This document shows positions 50,897 through 60,654 of a DNA stretch of 64,000 bases, piece by piece (positions within the stretch are counted from its first letter, which is position 1; every line of letters begins with the position of its first letter). The notes below the pieces were generated by a model. The model was not told the DNA's origin. It worked only from the letters and a program-made list of their open reading frames with translations, and did no database searches. The translations under genes and the position numbers were made by a program. Source of the DNA: an uncultured virus (IMG/VR IMGVR_UViG_3300028591_000115) (Duplodnaviria; Heunggongvirae; Uroviricota; Caudoviricetes); the IMG/VR virus record IMGVR_UViG_3300028591_000115. One strand, given 5' to 3'.

Positions 50897-52627
50897 TCAA
50901 TTCATAAATAACATATCGCTAAATCTTTTTTTATTACGTTTACGTTTTTTATCTTCTTCTAATTTTATCCAATACAGACCATATTCAAAAGCAGAAAATT
51001 TATCCTTTTTAATACCTTTATTTGCTTGCTTCAAAATGATATTAACACCTTCGTTTTCTTCACGAAGATTCATCATTTCTTCCTTTAATATGGAAGTCAA
51101 AGTAAATGGTTTAAGATATTCTGCCCGTTCTTCGGGCTTCATCTCTTGACCACGCTTGGTGGCCATTAACTTAATTTTTGCAACACGCTCATCAATTAAC
51201 ATCTTAACTCTGCCAGCTTGCATCATTGATTGTACATTACCATGTACTTCAGTATTAATTGGCGCGTTAGCTTTAATTATCCATAAAGCATTTTCTTCAC
51301 AAACCGCAGTTCTATATTTTTTATACTCGCCTTCTTCGTCATTATCAACACCAAAATCAGCAATAAGATCTCCAGTATCAGGATCAGTTTGACCTTTTAC
51401 TAAATAATCAACTAAACCAATACCAAGACCGTTACCATCAATAACAACTTTTTTGGCTTTATATTTATAATATAATTTTTTAATACGAATACATTGTTCT
51501 TCAAAATGCATATCACTTAATGGATAGATATTGACTAAACTAATTAAAGCATTTCCCGCAGTTTGAGGATTAACCTTAAACACACAAATTACTGTATCAC
51601 ATCCACGTCTACCAACGTCGACAGAAAGTACATAATAAGCATTTTTTGTACTACGTCCAGAAAATTCATACTCTGGTTGCTTTAATATTCTATTATGATC
51701 AAATTGCTCTGCATTAAAGAATGCATCTTCTATTGTGCCGGACCAAACAGATTCATATTCACGTTCAAATGAAGATTCATTAAACGTACCGTCCATTTTA
51801 AGATCTCTAATAAAGTTCTTATCGAGCAAATCCATTAAAACCGGAATTCTCCAAGTACCACCCATGACCATCGCGCGATCAGGCTTTACAATCTCCCAAC
51901 ACAATAATTGAATTAATTTATCATAAGCGAATGTATTCTTCCAACCTGCTGTTGTAACATAAATCTATGATTTATTTAATACTTCATTATCATCTTTACC
52001 ACCACACGCTGCACGTCTTGAAACGTTCATCGTAGGGATAATAACTTCATTAAGAATCGTTCCATCAATACCGACGCACTCCTCCATGAGTCCGCCATGG
52101 CGGCGTTGTCCTCTCGAAGTTTCACGAGCTGCTATATTGTCCAGCACTGACCCGTTCTTAAATATGTATCTAACATAATCTTTTCCCTCCATTGTCTTGC
52201 CGCGACGCCAATCAATCTCATCGCGCAATGGTGGGATTAAATGACATAATTCTTGCACCTTAGCTTTAATAATACTTGATGCCTATTCCTTACCACCAGA
52301 TGTAACAAATAATTTTGCTCCTGGATACAGTATACAGCGAATTATTAAAATTAATGCGGCCAAGAATGATTTTGAGTAAGCACGTGGGAATACTGCGTAA
52401 GTATATTTGTAACGCATTGCCGCACGTAAGAACACTCTCTAATAAAAGAATAAATGGAAATTTTCCGGATTATTCTTTTCAAGTAAAAAATCAACAAATA
52501 AATCTGGATACTCTCGCCAGAAAGAAACCCATTTACGAGCCACAGGTATGCAAGCCCGCACACGTTCTTCTGACAAACCAATTTTATCTACTCCAGTTTT
52601 TAAGTTGAGTAAATCCTAAAGCGCCAT
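50897..52627 (-). CDS. terL: Terminase large subunit (576 aa; TAG at codon 4)
   Basis: ATG overlaps the upstream TAA. Motifs: FY[TAG]RVFLR Q-motif, PRAYSKS Walker A-like, RGQRRHGGLMEE Walker B-like, YVTTAG, and an RNase H-like nuclease domain (LSVDVGR, VIDGNGLG, KDKFSA). Confidence 0.9.
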
Positions 52628-53808
52628 TATTCATCATCCTCTCCGAGGAGTTCACGAATAGTAGCTTCATCTTCTTCTTGTTCACTTTCAACGAATTCAT
52701 AATGTTTTAAGAAATCATTATCATTAAGAACTTCATCCTCAATTTCTTGTAGATCTAAATCCTCAATCTCAGTAGTTTCAGAATCTTCTTCTTTTGCTTC
52801 TTCTCTTGCCATGGTTCTAACCGCGTTCTCAATAAGATTACCAAGATTCATTTCTTCAGTAACTAGCTTATGAGTATATCCACGAAGATCAGCAAGCGTT
52901 TCATCTACACGATCTTTTGGTTCATCTGTATAATATCTTGGAATAAAGTCTTCTCTTTCACACAACAGGATAAACTCGTCAATAGCGGAAACAAATTCTC
53001 CGCTCTCTGCTTTGTTCTGCGCAGCAGTAAATTTCGCAGACTTCATAAGCGTATCATAAACTTTAGACATTTTCTGAAATCCTTCAATGTCACCAAGATC
53101 AACTAACTAATGACACTTCAAAGAAGTCTTACAAATTAATTTTAAATAATCTTCATGAGCCGGGGTAACAATATCAAATGCCGCCATCATTTCTTGGTAT
53201 AATTTCTCTAACTGAACCCACTCATATGGCCTATAAGCTTTTCCCCATTTAAGTGTAAGATACTTCTTATCTTCTTCAGTTAAATCATCATCAAAGAAAT
53301 CTGGGGCATTTAAATCTATAGGAGCGGCACCTGTCTATTCGGCTTCCGCAGCTTTAAAATCTTCCGGCTTTTCTGGCATAGTACCAGTTTGAATAGCATT
53401 TTCAATTTCTTCTCCGGTATAACCCTATCGCGCCATAACTTCAGCTTTCTTCGCATTCATCTCTTCGCGCAATCTCTCGGTATCGGCCCAAGTATATGAA
53501 CTAAATTGTTTCATACGCATCTTAGATAAATAACGACCAAGAATAGTCATACCAGTTGTCTTTCTTGGATCTTTAGCATAACGATCCAATAAAGTTGTCC
53601 ATTCCTCTTCAATATAAGGAACGTCAATATCTTCCAGAATCCACAAATAAGTTTTAGGATCCCAGTTATCTACGTGTCTAGTTAAACATTTTTTACATTC
53701 AGGTAAAAACCCATCAGGATATTTATCAGTTCTTTTTGTTTGGTAAAACTGATTTTCGTCCATTGTACGATTACACGTTTTACAATACAATGTTTTTCCA
53801 TCGGCCAT
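52627..53808 (-). CDS. Zn-finger protein upstream of terL, candidate small terminase (393 aa, TAG-recoded)
   Basis: CKTC...CKKC N-terminus; joins 53425..53808 and 52627..53070 through three TAGs; acidic C-terminus. Confidence 0.6.
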
Positions 53809-53811
53809 TTG

Positions 53812-54882
53812 TTAGCACTCCTTTTTCTTGCTATTGCGGCACTTCTTACAAATACTATAAAATCCATCTTTACTCGTTTTATTAATACTAAAGAATTTTG
53901 AATGAGCTAATTTAACTTCGCCACACCGGCTGCATTTCTTCCACTTACCTTTTTCTACATAAGTGAAATACCACATTATCCATTCGTCTTGTGCCTTTTG
54001 CGCAATTAGTTTTGGAATCTTATTCCGCCACAAACTGCTTATGTATTCTATTGAGTGCGTAAATTGGAACTCTTGTTCAAGTAATGCTTGTATTTCTACG
54101 TTCTGTAATCGTTCTTGTTTATACTGAACTATGCGTCTATACATCGGAAAATCCGCTAATGCTCTTTCTACCAGCGGCGTAAAATCCTAAATCATATACC
54201 ATGTATCGCCTTCGAAATTACCTTCAGATCGTCCTTTTAATAAGGGATACAATTGAAGAATTTCGTTTATAACTCGATAATCACAGAATGAAACACCTTC
54301 ATATTTAATTACAGCATTATCATTGTCATCATATTCTATCCATTCATTCCAAGGTAATGGTGGGAACGTTTTCATACCTCTCGATAATTTAGTGAATACA
54401 ATGGGACGCTTGTAAGCATTTTTTACAACATATTGGTCTTTCCGCAATTCAATTAGCGTACTTTTTATTATATACGCCGCACGTCCGGTTGCAGTCTTTT
54501 GTAACCTTTCCCAGAATTCAATACTTTCTCTGAGACGTTTTAACTACGGTATATCTTCTATGTCTTGCTTTGTGATAGTAACTTTAGGTTGAAAAATTGT
54601 ATTTTTTCCATTATCAGTAATTAAATTGTAAATTCCATCTTCACCGTTCTCTAATTGACTGACCAGACCTTCATAAGAAATTTCTCGTTTATTAATCGTT
54701 GCTAAACGATTTTCAGTAAGAATTTTCTTCTCCTTTTTCTCTTGTTTCTCCATACAAAGAACCAAGTAATCCGCTAGAGCCTCTAGATACTACTCGCTTG
54801 GGTCGGGTACTTCTAACAAGATCTATTCTACTAGTTTGCGTCTTTCTTCTGGAGAATCAATAGTATAATCTAATTGAATTAT
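53812..54882 (-). CDS. Hypothetical DNA-binding protein with C-terminal Zn finger (~356 aa, TAG-recoded; start uncertain, ATA 54882 or TTG 54891)
   Basis: Joins three track fragments in one frame; CSRCGEVK...DGFYSICKKC; AGGAG RBS at 54892-54896. Confidence 0.65.
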
Positions 54883-54930
54883 ACCAATCAACTCCTTATA
54901 ATGGTCTATTTGTCCCCACTTACTACACTC

Positions 54931-54959
54931 ATTATACTAAAAAATTTTATGCAAGTCAA
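54931..54959 (-). promoter_or_regulatory. SigA-type promoter of the packaging/head operon
   Basis: TTGACT-17 nt-TATAAT on the minus strand. Confidence 0.8.
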
Positions 54960-54978
54960 CGACGTTTTTTGCCCAAAG

Positions 54979-55007
54979 TTGAAAAATATAAAAATTTATA
55001 ATATAAT
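54979..55007 (+). promoter_or_regulatory. Divergent SigA-type promoter
   Basis: TTGAAA-17 nt-TATAAT. Confidence 0.7.
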
Positions 55008-55036
55008 TATTATGTAAAAAAAAGAGGTGTATAAAA

Positions 55037-55570
55037 ATGAAGGTATATCTTGCAGGTCCAGTAGTTACAAATGATCCTATAGTGAAACAACAAATGGAAA
55101 CTTTAGAAACAACACTTAATAATATGCGCATCTATAATAGATATTCTGATATAGAAAAAGAATATGTGGAAGTCTATCGTCCAGGTAAACATAAAGTCCC
55201 TAATGCATGGGGTATTGATATGGCAACTTGGGGTCAATGTGTATTTACAATGGATGTTATTGCTATTGATAAATGTGAATGGATGGTGCTCGCAGATTAT
55301 GGTCGACAAGCCACTGCCGGCACAAGCTGGGAAGCTGGATATGCTTTTGCAAAGGGAATTAAAATTCTTGTCGTACAGATGCCTGGTGTAGAAGAATCTA
55401 GTCTTATGACACAAGGCTGTGCCGCAAACATTTGTAAGTACGAAGATTTTATTTCTGGCATTGATTGCGATGAACGTAATTGTGCTGTATATGATGAAAT
55501 TTGGGATCATAAATATGAACACTTCTTTTTTGAGCGTGGTCGTAAACCACAAGAAAGGGTGTTAAATTAA
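55037..55570 (+). CDS. Nucleoside 2-deoxyribosyltransferase / nucleotide N-glycosidase family protein
   Basis: MKVYLAGP, DVIAIDKCEWMV and GTSWEAGYAFAKGIKILV motifs. Confidence 0.8.
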   Translation: MKVYLAGPVVTNDPIVKQQMETLETTLNNMRIYNRYSDIEKEYVEVYRPGKHKVPNAWGIDMATWGQCVFTMDVIAIDKCEWMVLADYGRQATAGTSWEAGYAFAKGIKILVVQMPGVEESSLMTQGCAANICKYEDFISGIDCDERNCAVYDEIWDHKYEHFFFERGRKPQERVLN

Positions 55571-55929
55571 TGTCAAAATATTTTGAAGAAGAACTAAAAC
55601 GTAAAAATATAGAATATTATATTCCGCGCATGGAAAATATTTTAGCAGTACGAGAAGGTCAGGTGAACAATATGATACAATGTTTTGAATGTTTTTATAG
55701 CATGTTTGGTAAATGCCCGGTTGATGGACACAAAGGCAATGCCGCATGTTTACAATTACAAAAATCTTATTTTGATATGTCGCGCAAAGAATTAGAAGAA
55801 GTTACTGAAGAAGAATATAAAAAAGCTTTGCAAAATGCTGCGCAAATGTATCATATAAGAATGGATTATATTGCAAATATTTTTAAAGGAAAAGAGGAAC
55901 ATACTGATGAAGAAATATCAATTCATTGA
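55570..55929 (+). CDS. Hypothetical protein (119 aa)
   Basis: Start overlaps the previous stop; Cys cluster. Confidence 0.65.
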   Translation: MSKYFEEELKRKNIEYYIPRMENILAVREGQVNNMIQCFECFYSMFGKCPVDGHKGNAACLQLQKSYFDMSRKELEEVTEEEYKKALQNAAQMYHIRMDYIANIFKGKEEHTDEEISIH

Positions 55930-56134
55930 TGAGCATCCTACGGCAGGTTGTTTTACTGCTATTGTTCTTGTAGCATTAGCTATTTTTTTTGGGCCTTGGA
56001 TTGTAATGCATGCATGGACTCTTATCGCAGTTAATATGTTTGGAGCTCCGGCAATGTCGTACTGGACCGCCTTCTTTGGCACCTGGGCCGCGCATATAAT
56101 TTTTTCCAGAATGGATGTTAGAAAAGACGATTAA
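55907..56134 (+). CDS. Small membrane protein (~75 aa)
   Basis: GAGG RBS before ATG 55907; hydrophobic segments. Confidence 0.65.
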   Translation: MKKYQFIDEHPTAGCFTAIVLVALAIFFGPWIVMHAWTLIAVNMFGAPAMSYWTAFFGTWAAHIIFSRMDVRKDD

Positions 56135-56876
56135 GGAGTTTCCCGCAATGGATATGGATACAATGTTAGGTTTATCTTTTGGCATCGTTGGTGGATGTAT
56201 ATTATTGGCATTAGTTCCTTGGTGGCTGTTGTTAGCTGTGGGAGTAGGATGTGTACTTCCATGGTACAAGAGATGGCGTTTCAAATGGATCGAGCCCGCA
56301 GAGGTTAAAAAGTTTATAGACTTTTCCAACATTGGGTATGGAACAATAGGAGATCTTGAAAAGATGATGTTCATCGGAATGTCAGAGGATAAAACTATTC
56401 GTTGGTGGTACTGGCGTGGCGATGATGGAGTCAAGGATTATCTGGTGCCGCAAGCTGTTGATGATGGTCAGATATATTGGAATAAAAAATTAGAGATTAA
56501 GAATCCTGTGCTATTGAAACATTTGCACGGTTTTATGGATATGGGCAATGAATGGCCTGCTTTTTATAAAATGACCAATAAGCAGATTGAGCATGTGCGG
56601 CAAATGCATAAAAAACAAGAGAAGAAGCAGAAAAAAGGAAATGCTAACATGATCAAGCATCCTTGTTCTTTTGCGCCCGAGGATATAAAGGTTGTAGCGA
56701 GTGATTTGCCGCGAGCCGATTATGCGACCGTAGACCTGGACAAGAATAATATGAATGCAGCAACTGCGGCGATGGCTTCAGATGCTGAACTTTTGGAATT
56801 ACAAAAAGCCGTGAAGGAACTTGAAGAAGAAATTCATGGTAGATGCCCTACTCTTGAAATTAATGTAAATCCGTGA
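56115..56876 (+). CDS. Hypothetical membrane-anchored protein (~253 aa)
   Basis: N-terminal hydrophobic segments; the true start may be the internal MDMDT after an AGGAG RBS. Confidence 0.65.
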   Translation: MLEKTIKEFPAMDMDTMLGLSFGIVGGCILLALVPWWLLLAVGVGCVLPWYKRWRFKWIEPAEVKKFIDFSNIGYGTIGDLEKMMFIGMSEDKTIRWWYWRGDDGVKDYLVPQAVDDGQIYWNKKLEIKNPVLLKHLHGFMDMGNEWPAFYKMTNKQIEHVRQMHKKQEKKQKKGNANMIKHPCSFAPEDIKVVASDLPRADYATVDLDKNNMNAATAAMASDAELLELQKAVKELEEEIHGRCPTLEINVNP

Positions 56877-57167
56877 TCCGAAATTGAAAATACTTTTGGA
56901 GTGGGAATGGTCCAGGCAAAGAGCTTTTTTCAAAAAATAATAATTTTTTTCCCGAAAGTGGCCCCGGGGTCTAGCCTATCAGCAACATGCGTGTTGGTAG
57001 GCTTTTCACATGCCTAGGGTGCGAAAGTTTTTTGTTTTTAAGCTGACAAAAAAATAGGTAGGTAGTCTGGGGTCTCGCCAAACGCGCACCCGGGCGTGCA
57101 TGGTCAGCACGCCCGGCATTTAAGCCAAAGCAAGGGTTACACATTTTCGCCAGCGCATCGATACACA

Positions 57168-57217
57168 TGTAACCAGCATGTAACTATCCTGTAACCATGG
57201 GATCCCTCTCATGTAAC
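57168..57217. repeat. Helically phased TGTAAC direct repeats
   Basis: TGTAAC at 57168, 57179, 57190 and 57212 (spacing 11, 11, 22). Confidence 0.65.
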
Positions 57218-57342
57218 CCTCGGGATGTCAAATCTGGTAAGGTAAATGTTACAAAAAGTTAAGAAACTTTCGCTTGCTTTGTAACACCCTCTGTGCTATA
57301 ATAAGAGTGTCCCAAGAGGGAACAGAAAGAGAGGGTTACATC

Positions 57343-57696
57343 ATGAACAAGATCATCGCTACCGCTACCGCCATCACTATCGCTTTGATTCTGACTTTTG
57401 CAACCATGATTCCGGCATCCGCTGAAGTGGGCGATCGTGGCGAGTTCTACCCCCGGCTGACCGTAGTAGTCGGCTATGAGCGCATCGGCGACACTGACAT
57501 GTGGATCATCGACTGCATGGACAAGGATGGACAGGTCTGGAGCTTCTACGGAGAAGAAGAGGACGCACACATCGGCATCATGTTCAACCTGCTGATGTGG
57601 AACATGGGCGAAGTTGAAGAAGATGACGAGATCATCGAAGCGTATTACGAAGGACGCATGGACACAATGCAAATGATGAAGTGGATGGAAGATTAA
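57343..57696 (+). CDS. Secreted or exported hypothetical protein (117 aa)
   Basis: Signal-peptide-like N-terminus MNKIIATATAITIALILTFATMIPASA; acidic mature region; own promoter. Confidence 0.75.
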   Translation: MNKIIATATAITIALILTFATMIPASAEVGDRGEFYPRLTVVVGYERIGDTDMWIIDCMDKDGQVWSFYGEEEDAHIGIMFNLLMWNMGEVEEDDEIIEAYYEGRMDTMQMMKWMED

Positions 57697-57796
57697 AAAA
57701 AAATTGTTACAAAAGTATTAAACATTCAAAAAAGGGGTTGTAATGCAACCCCTTTTGTGGTATACTCTTATCAGATCAAGAGAGGAGGACACCACG

Positions 57797-58198
57797 ATGA
57801 CTTACTACTGGGACATGGACGGAGTGCTCGCCAACTTCCACAAGGCTTACGCTAATGACCGGGCTATCGCCCTCAAGCGTGAAGCGATGGCGAACCTTGA
57901 GCCCTTCATGGCCAACGTGGTTACCGTCCGGAATCTGATGGCTGAAGGCCACACCTGCTACATCCTCACCAAGGCCGCCAACGCTGAAGGCGCTGAAGGC
58001 AAGGTCGAGTGGCTCGCCAAGTACATCCCCGAGATGGACGAGGCCCACACCATCATCATCACCAAGGGCCGCAAGGTTGACAACATCCGTGAGGATGGAA
58101 TCCTGGTGGATGATGATGCCGCCAACACCCGGCAGTGGGAAAAGGCCGGACACAAGGCCATCCTCCTCACCACCAAGGGCGAGGCCGTCCGGATCTGA
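57797..58198 (+). CDS. HAD-superfamily phosphatase, 5'(3')-deoxyribonucleotidase-like (133 aa)
   Basis: WDMDGVLANF (motif I), ILT, K and ILVDD motifs; GGAGG RBS. Confidence 0.8.
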   Translation: MTYYWDMDGVLANFHKAYANDRAIALKREAMANLEPFMANVVTVRNLMAEGHTCYILTKAANAEGAEGKVEWLAKYIPEMDEAHTIIITKGRKVDNIREDGILVDDDAANTRQWEKAGHKAILLTTKGEAVRI

Positions 58199-58224
58199 CC
58201 AGATCCGATAATGTAAAATCTGGT

Positions 58225-58259
58225 AAGCTGATCCAAACAAGGATCAGCTTCTTTAATTT
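58225..58259 (+). terminator. Intrinsic terminator
   Basis: AAGCTGATCC-aaacaa-GGATCAGCTT followed by a T-rich tail. Confidence 0.65.
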
Positions 58260-58467
58260 GTCAAATCTGGTAAACGCAATTTTGCTTTACATCGATGTAA
58301 ATAAAAAGTTTTCGCAGGCGCGCGGCCGGTCGCCGCGCGCCTTGTTCGCGTAGTAAGTGGATCCCAACAAAAAAAGTTTGCAAAAAGTGCGCCAAAGGTG
58401 TTGACACAACCGCCCGAATGTGCTATACTAACAGTGTCAAGAGGGAGAGAGCAAGGAGGTCACCACC

Positions 58468-58776
58468 ATGATCAACATCAGGAGCATCAACAAGCTGCAG
58501 GACAACGACGGGCTGACGCTCAAGGCAGGCAAGCCTATCACCTACAAGACTGGTTGGCAGGTCGCCACAGAAGGCGTCGAGTGCAAGACGGCTCGTGAGT
58601 GCATCAAGGCTGTCAAGGCGTATGGTGGTAACTGCGGCGTGTGGTACAGCGAAGGGATCTATTACGTGGACAAGAGCCACAGGGTAAACACGAAGCGCGA
58701 AGCCATGACCATTGGCAAGGCTTGCAATCAGATCAGCGTCCTGCGGTGGCGTGACATGGGCCTTGCCTACTGCTAA
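58468..58776 (+). CDS. Hypothetical protein (102 aa)
   Basis: Own promoter and AGGAGG RBS. Confidence 0.8.
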   Translation: MINIRSINKLQDNDGLTLKAGKPITYKTGWQVATEGVECKTARECIKAVKAYGGNCGVWYSEGIYYVDKSHRVNTKREAMTIGKACNQISVLRWRDMGLAYC

Positions 58777-58854
58777 AAAAAGTTTGTAAAAAGTGTTGAC
58801 AAACCGCATGTAATGTGCTATACTTACATCATCAAGAGAGAGGAGCGCAAGGCA

Positions 58855-59004
58855 ATGAGCAAGTGGTACACAGTCAATCATGGAGCAATCACACTGGAGC
58901 AGACCTTCAACACCTACGAGGAAGCCGAGCTGATGGCCATGGCCATGGCAGTGACTGACCAGCACGTGTGGCATGTGGAGATGGTGATCGGTTGGGATCG
59001 GTGA
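58855..59004 (+). CDS. Hypothetical small protein (49 aa)
   Basis: Own promoter and AGGAG RBS; a terminator-like hairpin overlaps the stop. Confidence 0.65.
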   Translation: MSKWYTVNHGAITLEQTFNTYEEAELMAMAMAVTDQHVWHVEMVIGWDR

Positions 59005-59143
59005 CCCCAGCCTTTTCATTTGCACGCGCGCCAGCGGGCCTGGCGCGCGTTATTGCGCTATAGAACAGGATCCAGAAAAATTTATTTCGGGAAATGTGAA
59101 AAAAAGTGTTGACTTCTGATCCCGTTTCTGCTATACTATCATC

Positions 59144-59215
59144 AGTGAGAGAGAGTAGCAACTCTTGAAGGGCGCTCGACAGAGCCAGAGGTGGCCCACC
59201 AAAAAAAACTGCTAC
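59144..59215 (+). ncRNA. Putative small structured RNA, copy 1 of a three-member family
   Basis: Promoter at 59109-59137 and no ORF; GTAGCA/TGCTAC closing stem around ACTCTT-gaa-GGGC-hairpin-GCCC-A-tract. Confidence 0.6.
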
Positions 59216-59292
59216 AAATTTTGAAAAAACCCTTGACAGGATCAGCAAAAGGTGCTATACTCTTATCAGATCAAGAGAGGAGCGGATGAACG

Positions 59293-59559
59293 ATGATGAA
59301 CTACGAAGTCAAGAGCTACAGCTTCTTCCGGACGCCCAATGGTGGAGCCGATTATGTCAATGATGGAAAGCTGTTCCACCTGTCCGCTGAAATGCTGAAT
59401 TGCCTGCTGAATCAGTATAAGGTCATGGGCTTCAAAGTGATCTTTGACAACGACAGCTTCGTGAGCGTTGCCAAAGTCACCAACGAAATTGAAGTGTTCA
59501 GCGCTCGCATGGATGAAATGGCGCGCAACCTGCGGGAAGCTCGCGCAGAAAATAAATAA
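59293..59559 (+). CDS. Hypothetical protein (88 aa)
   Basis: Own promoter and GAGGAG RBS. Confidence 0.75.
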   Translation: MMNYEVKSYSFFRTPNGGADYVNDGKLFHLSAEMLNCLLNQYKVMGFKVIFDNDSFVSVAKVTNEIEVFSARMDEMARNLREARAENK

Positions 59560-59640
59560 AAAAAATTCAAAAAAAGGGTTGACAAAAAACCCGATCCATG
59601 TTAGAATAAATCATCGAAAGAAGCAAGGGAGGACGAAACG

Positions 59641-59868
59641 ATGATCCGTGAAAGCAAGATGACCTTCAAGCAGGTGGGTGCCCAGTCCGTTGACATTTAC
59701 TGCCAGACCCGGGATGACAATGGCCCGTGGCAGAAGCAGGGGATCATCCCGATCCGGGGCACCGTGGAAGAGGTCATGGCCCAGCAGATGGCCAATCAGG
59801 AGCGGTGGGGCTGGACTCCCTACGACATCGAGGACGGCGACACCCTCACCTTCTGGAAGGAGTTCTGA
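59641..59868 (+). CDS. Hypothetical protein (75 aa)
   Basis: Own promoter and GGAGG RBS. Confidence 0.75.
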   Translation: MIRESKMTFKQVGAQSVDIYCQTRDDNGPWQKQGIIPIRGTVEEVMAQQMANQERWGWTPYDIEDGDTLTFWKEF

Positions 59869-60017
59869 TCGCTCCAGAAGAATAAAAAAAGTGTTGACAA
59901 ACTGATTGACCTATGATACAATAACAATGTCGGGAGGGGTTACTCAATCAACCCTCAGAAGTAGCCGTAAAAAGTAGGGAACCTCCCGACCACTTAAAAC
60001 AATAGGAGGAAACAAAA

Positions 60018-60239
60018 ATGATGACCATGACAAGACAATTCACAATCGGCGATCTAGCACTGTTCAACCTCATGCAGGATGTGCGGAACATGGTAGATGA
60101 TTTCACCGCTGATAAGTTCGGCCCAAAGGTCAAAATGACCGCTGAAGAATTCGCCGATCTGATGGATCACATGGCGAAAAGCGCAAGGAACCTGGCCCAG
60201 GCCGAAGCCGTAAAGGCTGAACGCTCCAAGCGCACCTAA
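60018..60239 (+). CDS. Hypothetical protein (73 aa) with a structured 5' leader
   Basis: AGGAGG RBS; leader stem at 59929-59990. Confidence 0.75.
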   Translation: MMTMTRQFTIGDLALFNLMQDVRNMVDDFTADKFGPKVKMTAEEFADLMDHMAKSARNLAQAEAVKAERSKRT

Positions 60240-60368
60240 CACAGACGCAGCCCCCTCTCGCTTCTCTCCTTTCAGGCGGGAGGGTTTCTTTTTGGCCGAC
60301 CGCGCGCGACCGGCGCGGTCGGCATTTGAGTTGTAAAGGGGTCTCAGGGTTTGTGCTTGCGAAAGGGT

Positions 60369-60487
60369 AAAAAAAAGAGCGGGGATCGGACTCCCGCAAT
60401 GCCATCGGCTTTTGTTTTGCTGGGCTCGCCCGGCTCCGTGAGGAGCGCCCTAGAGGAGTGCCGGTGGATCACTACCATCTCCCTGTG
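60369..60487 (-). ncRNA. Putative small structured RNA, copy 2, with its own terminator
   Basis: Minus-strand TTGACA-17-TATCTT promoter; core ACTCCTCTAGGGC-hairpin-GCGAGCCCAGCAAAACAAAAG; terminator GCGGG..CCCGC plus T-run. Confidence 0.65.
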
Positions 60488-60654
60488 ACTATAAGATATC
60501 ATACTTTGCTCTATTTGTCAACTACTTTTTGCAATTTTCTTCAACTTTTTTTTGAAGAAAATAAATTGTTACAATTTTGTTAAATCTGCGAAAAAGGGGT
60601 TGTATTCTGATCCGATCTATGGTAATATAATGGTGCGAAAGGAAGGTGCTCTGA

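Noticed and set aside
1..54765. Treating the fragmented minus-strand ORFs as pseudogenes of a decayed prophage
   Set aside because: The breaks checked are all in-frame TAG, with no frameshifts or premature TAA/TGA, which random decay would not produce.
1..54882. TGA recoding (code 4) or pyrrolysine at TAG
   Set aside because: TGA ends several genes cleanly (14015, 48880, 50897). TAG falls at Gln-type positions and no pyl genes are visible.
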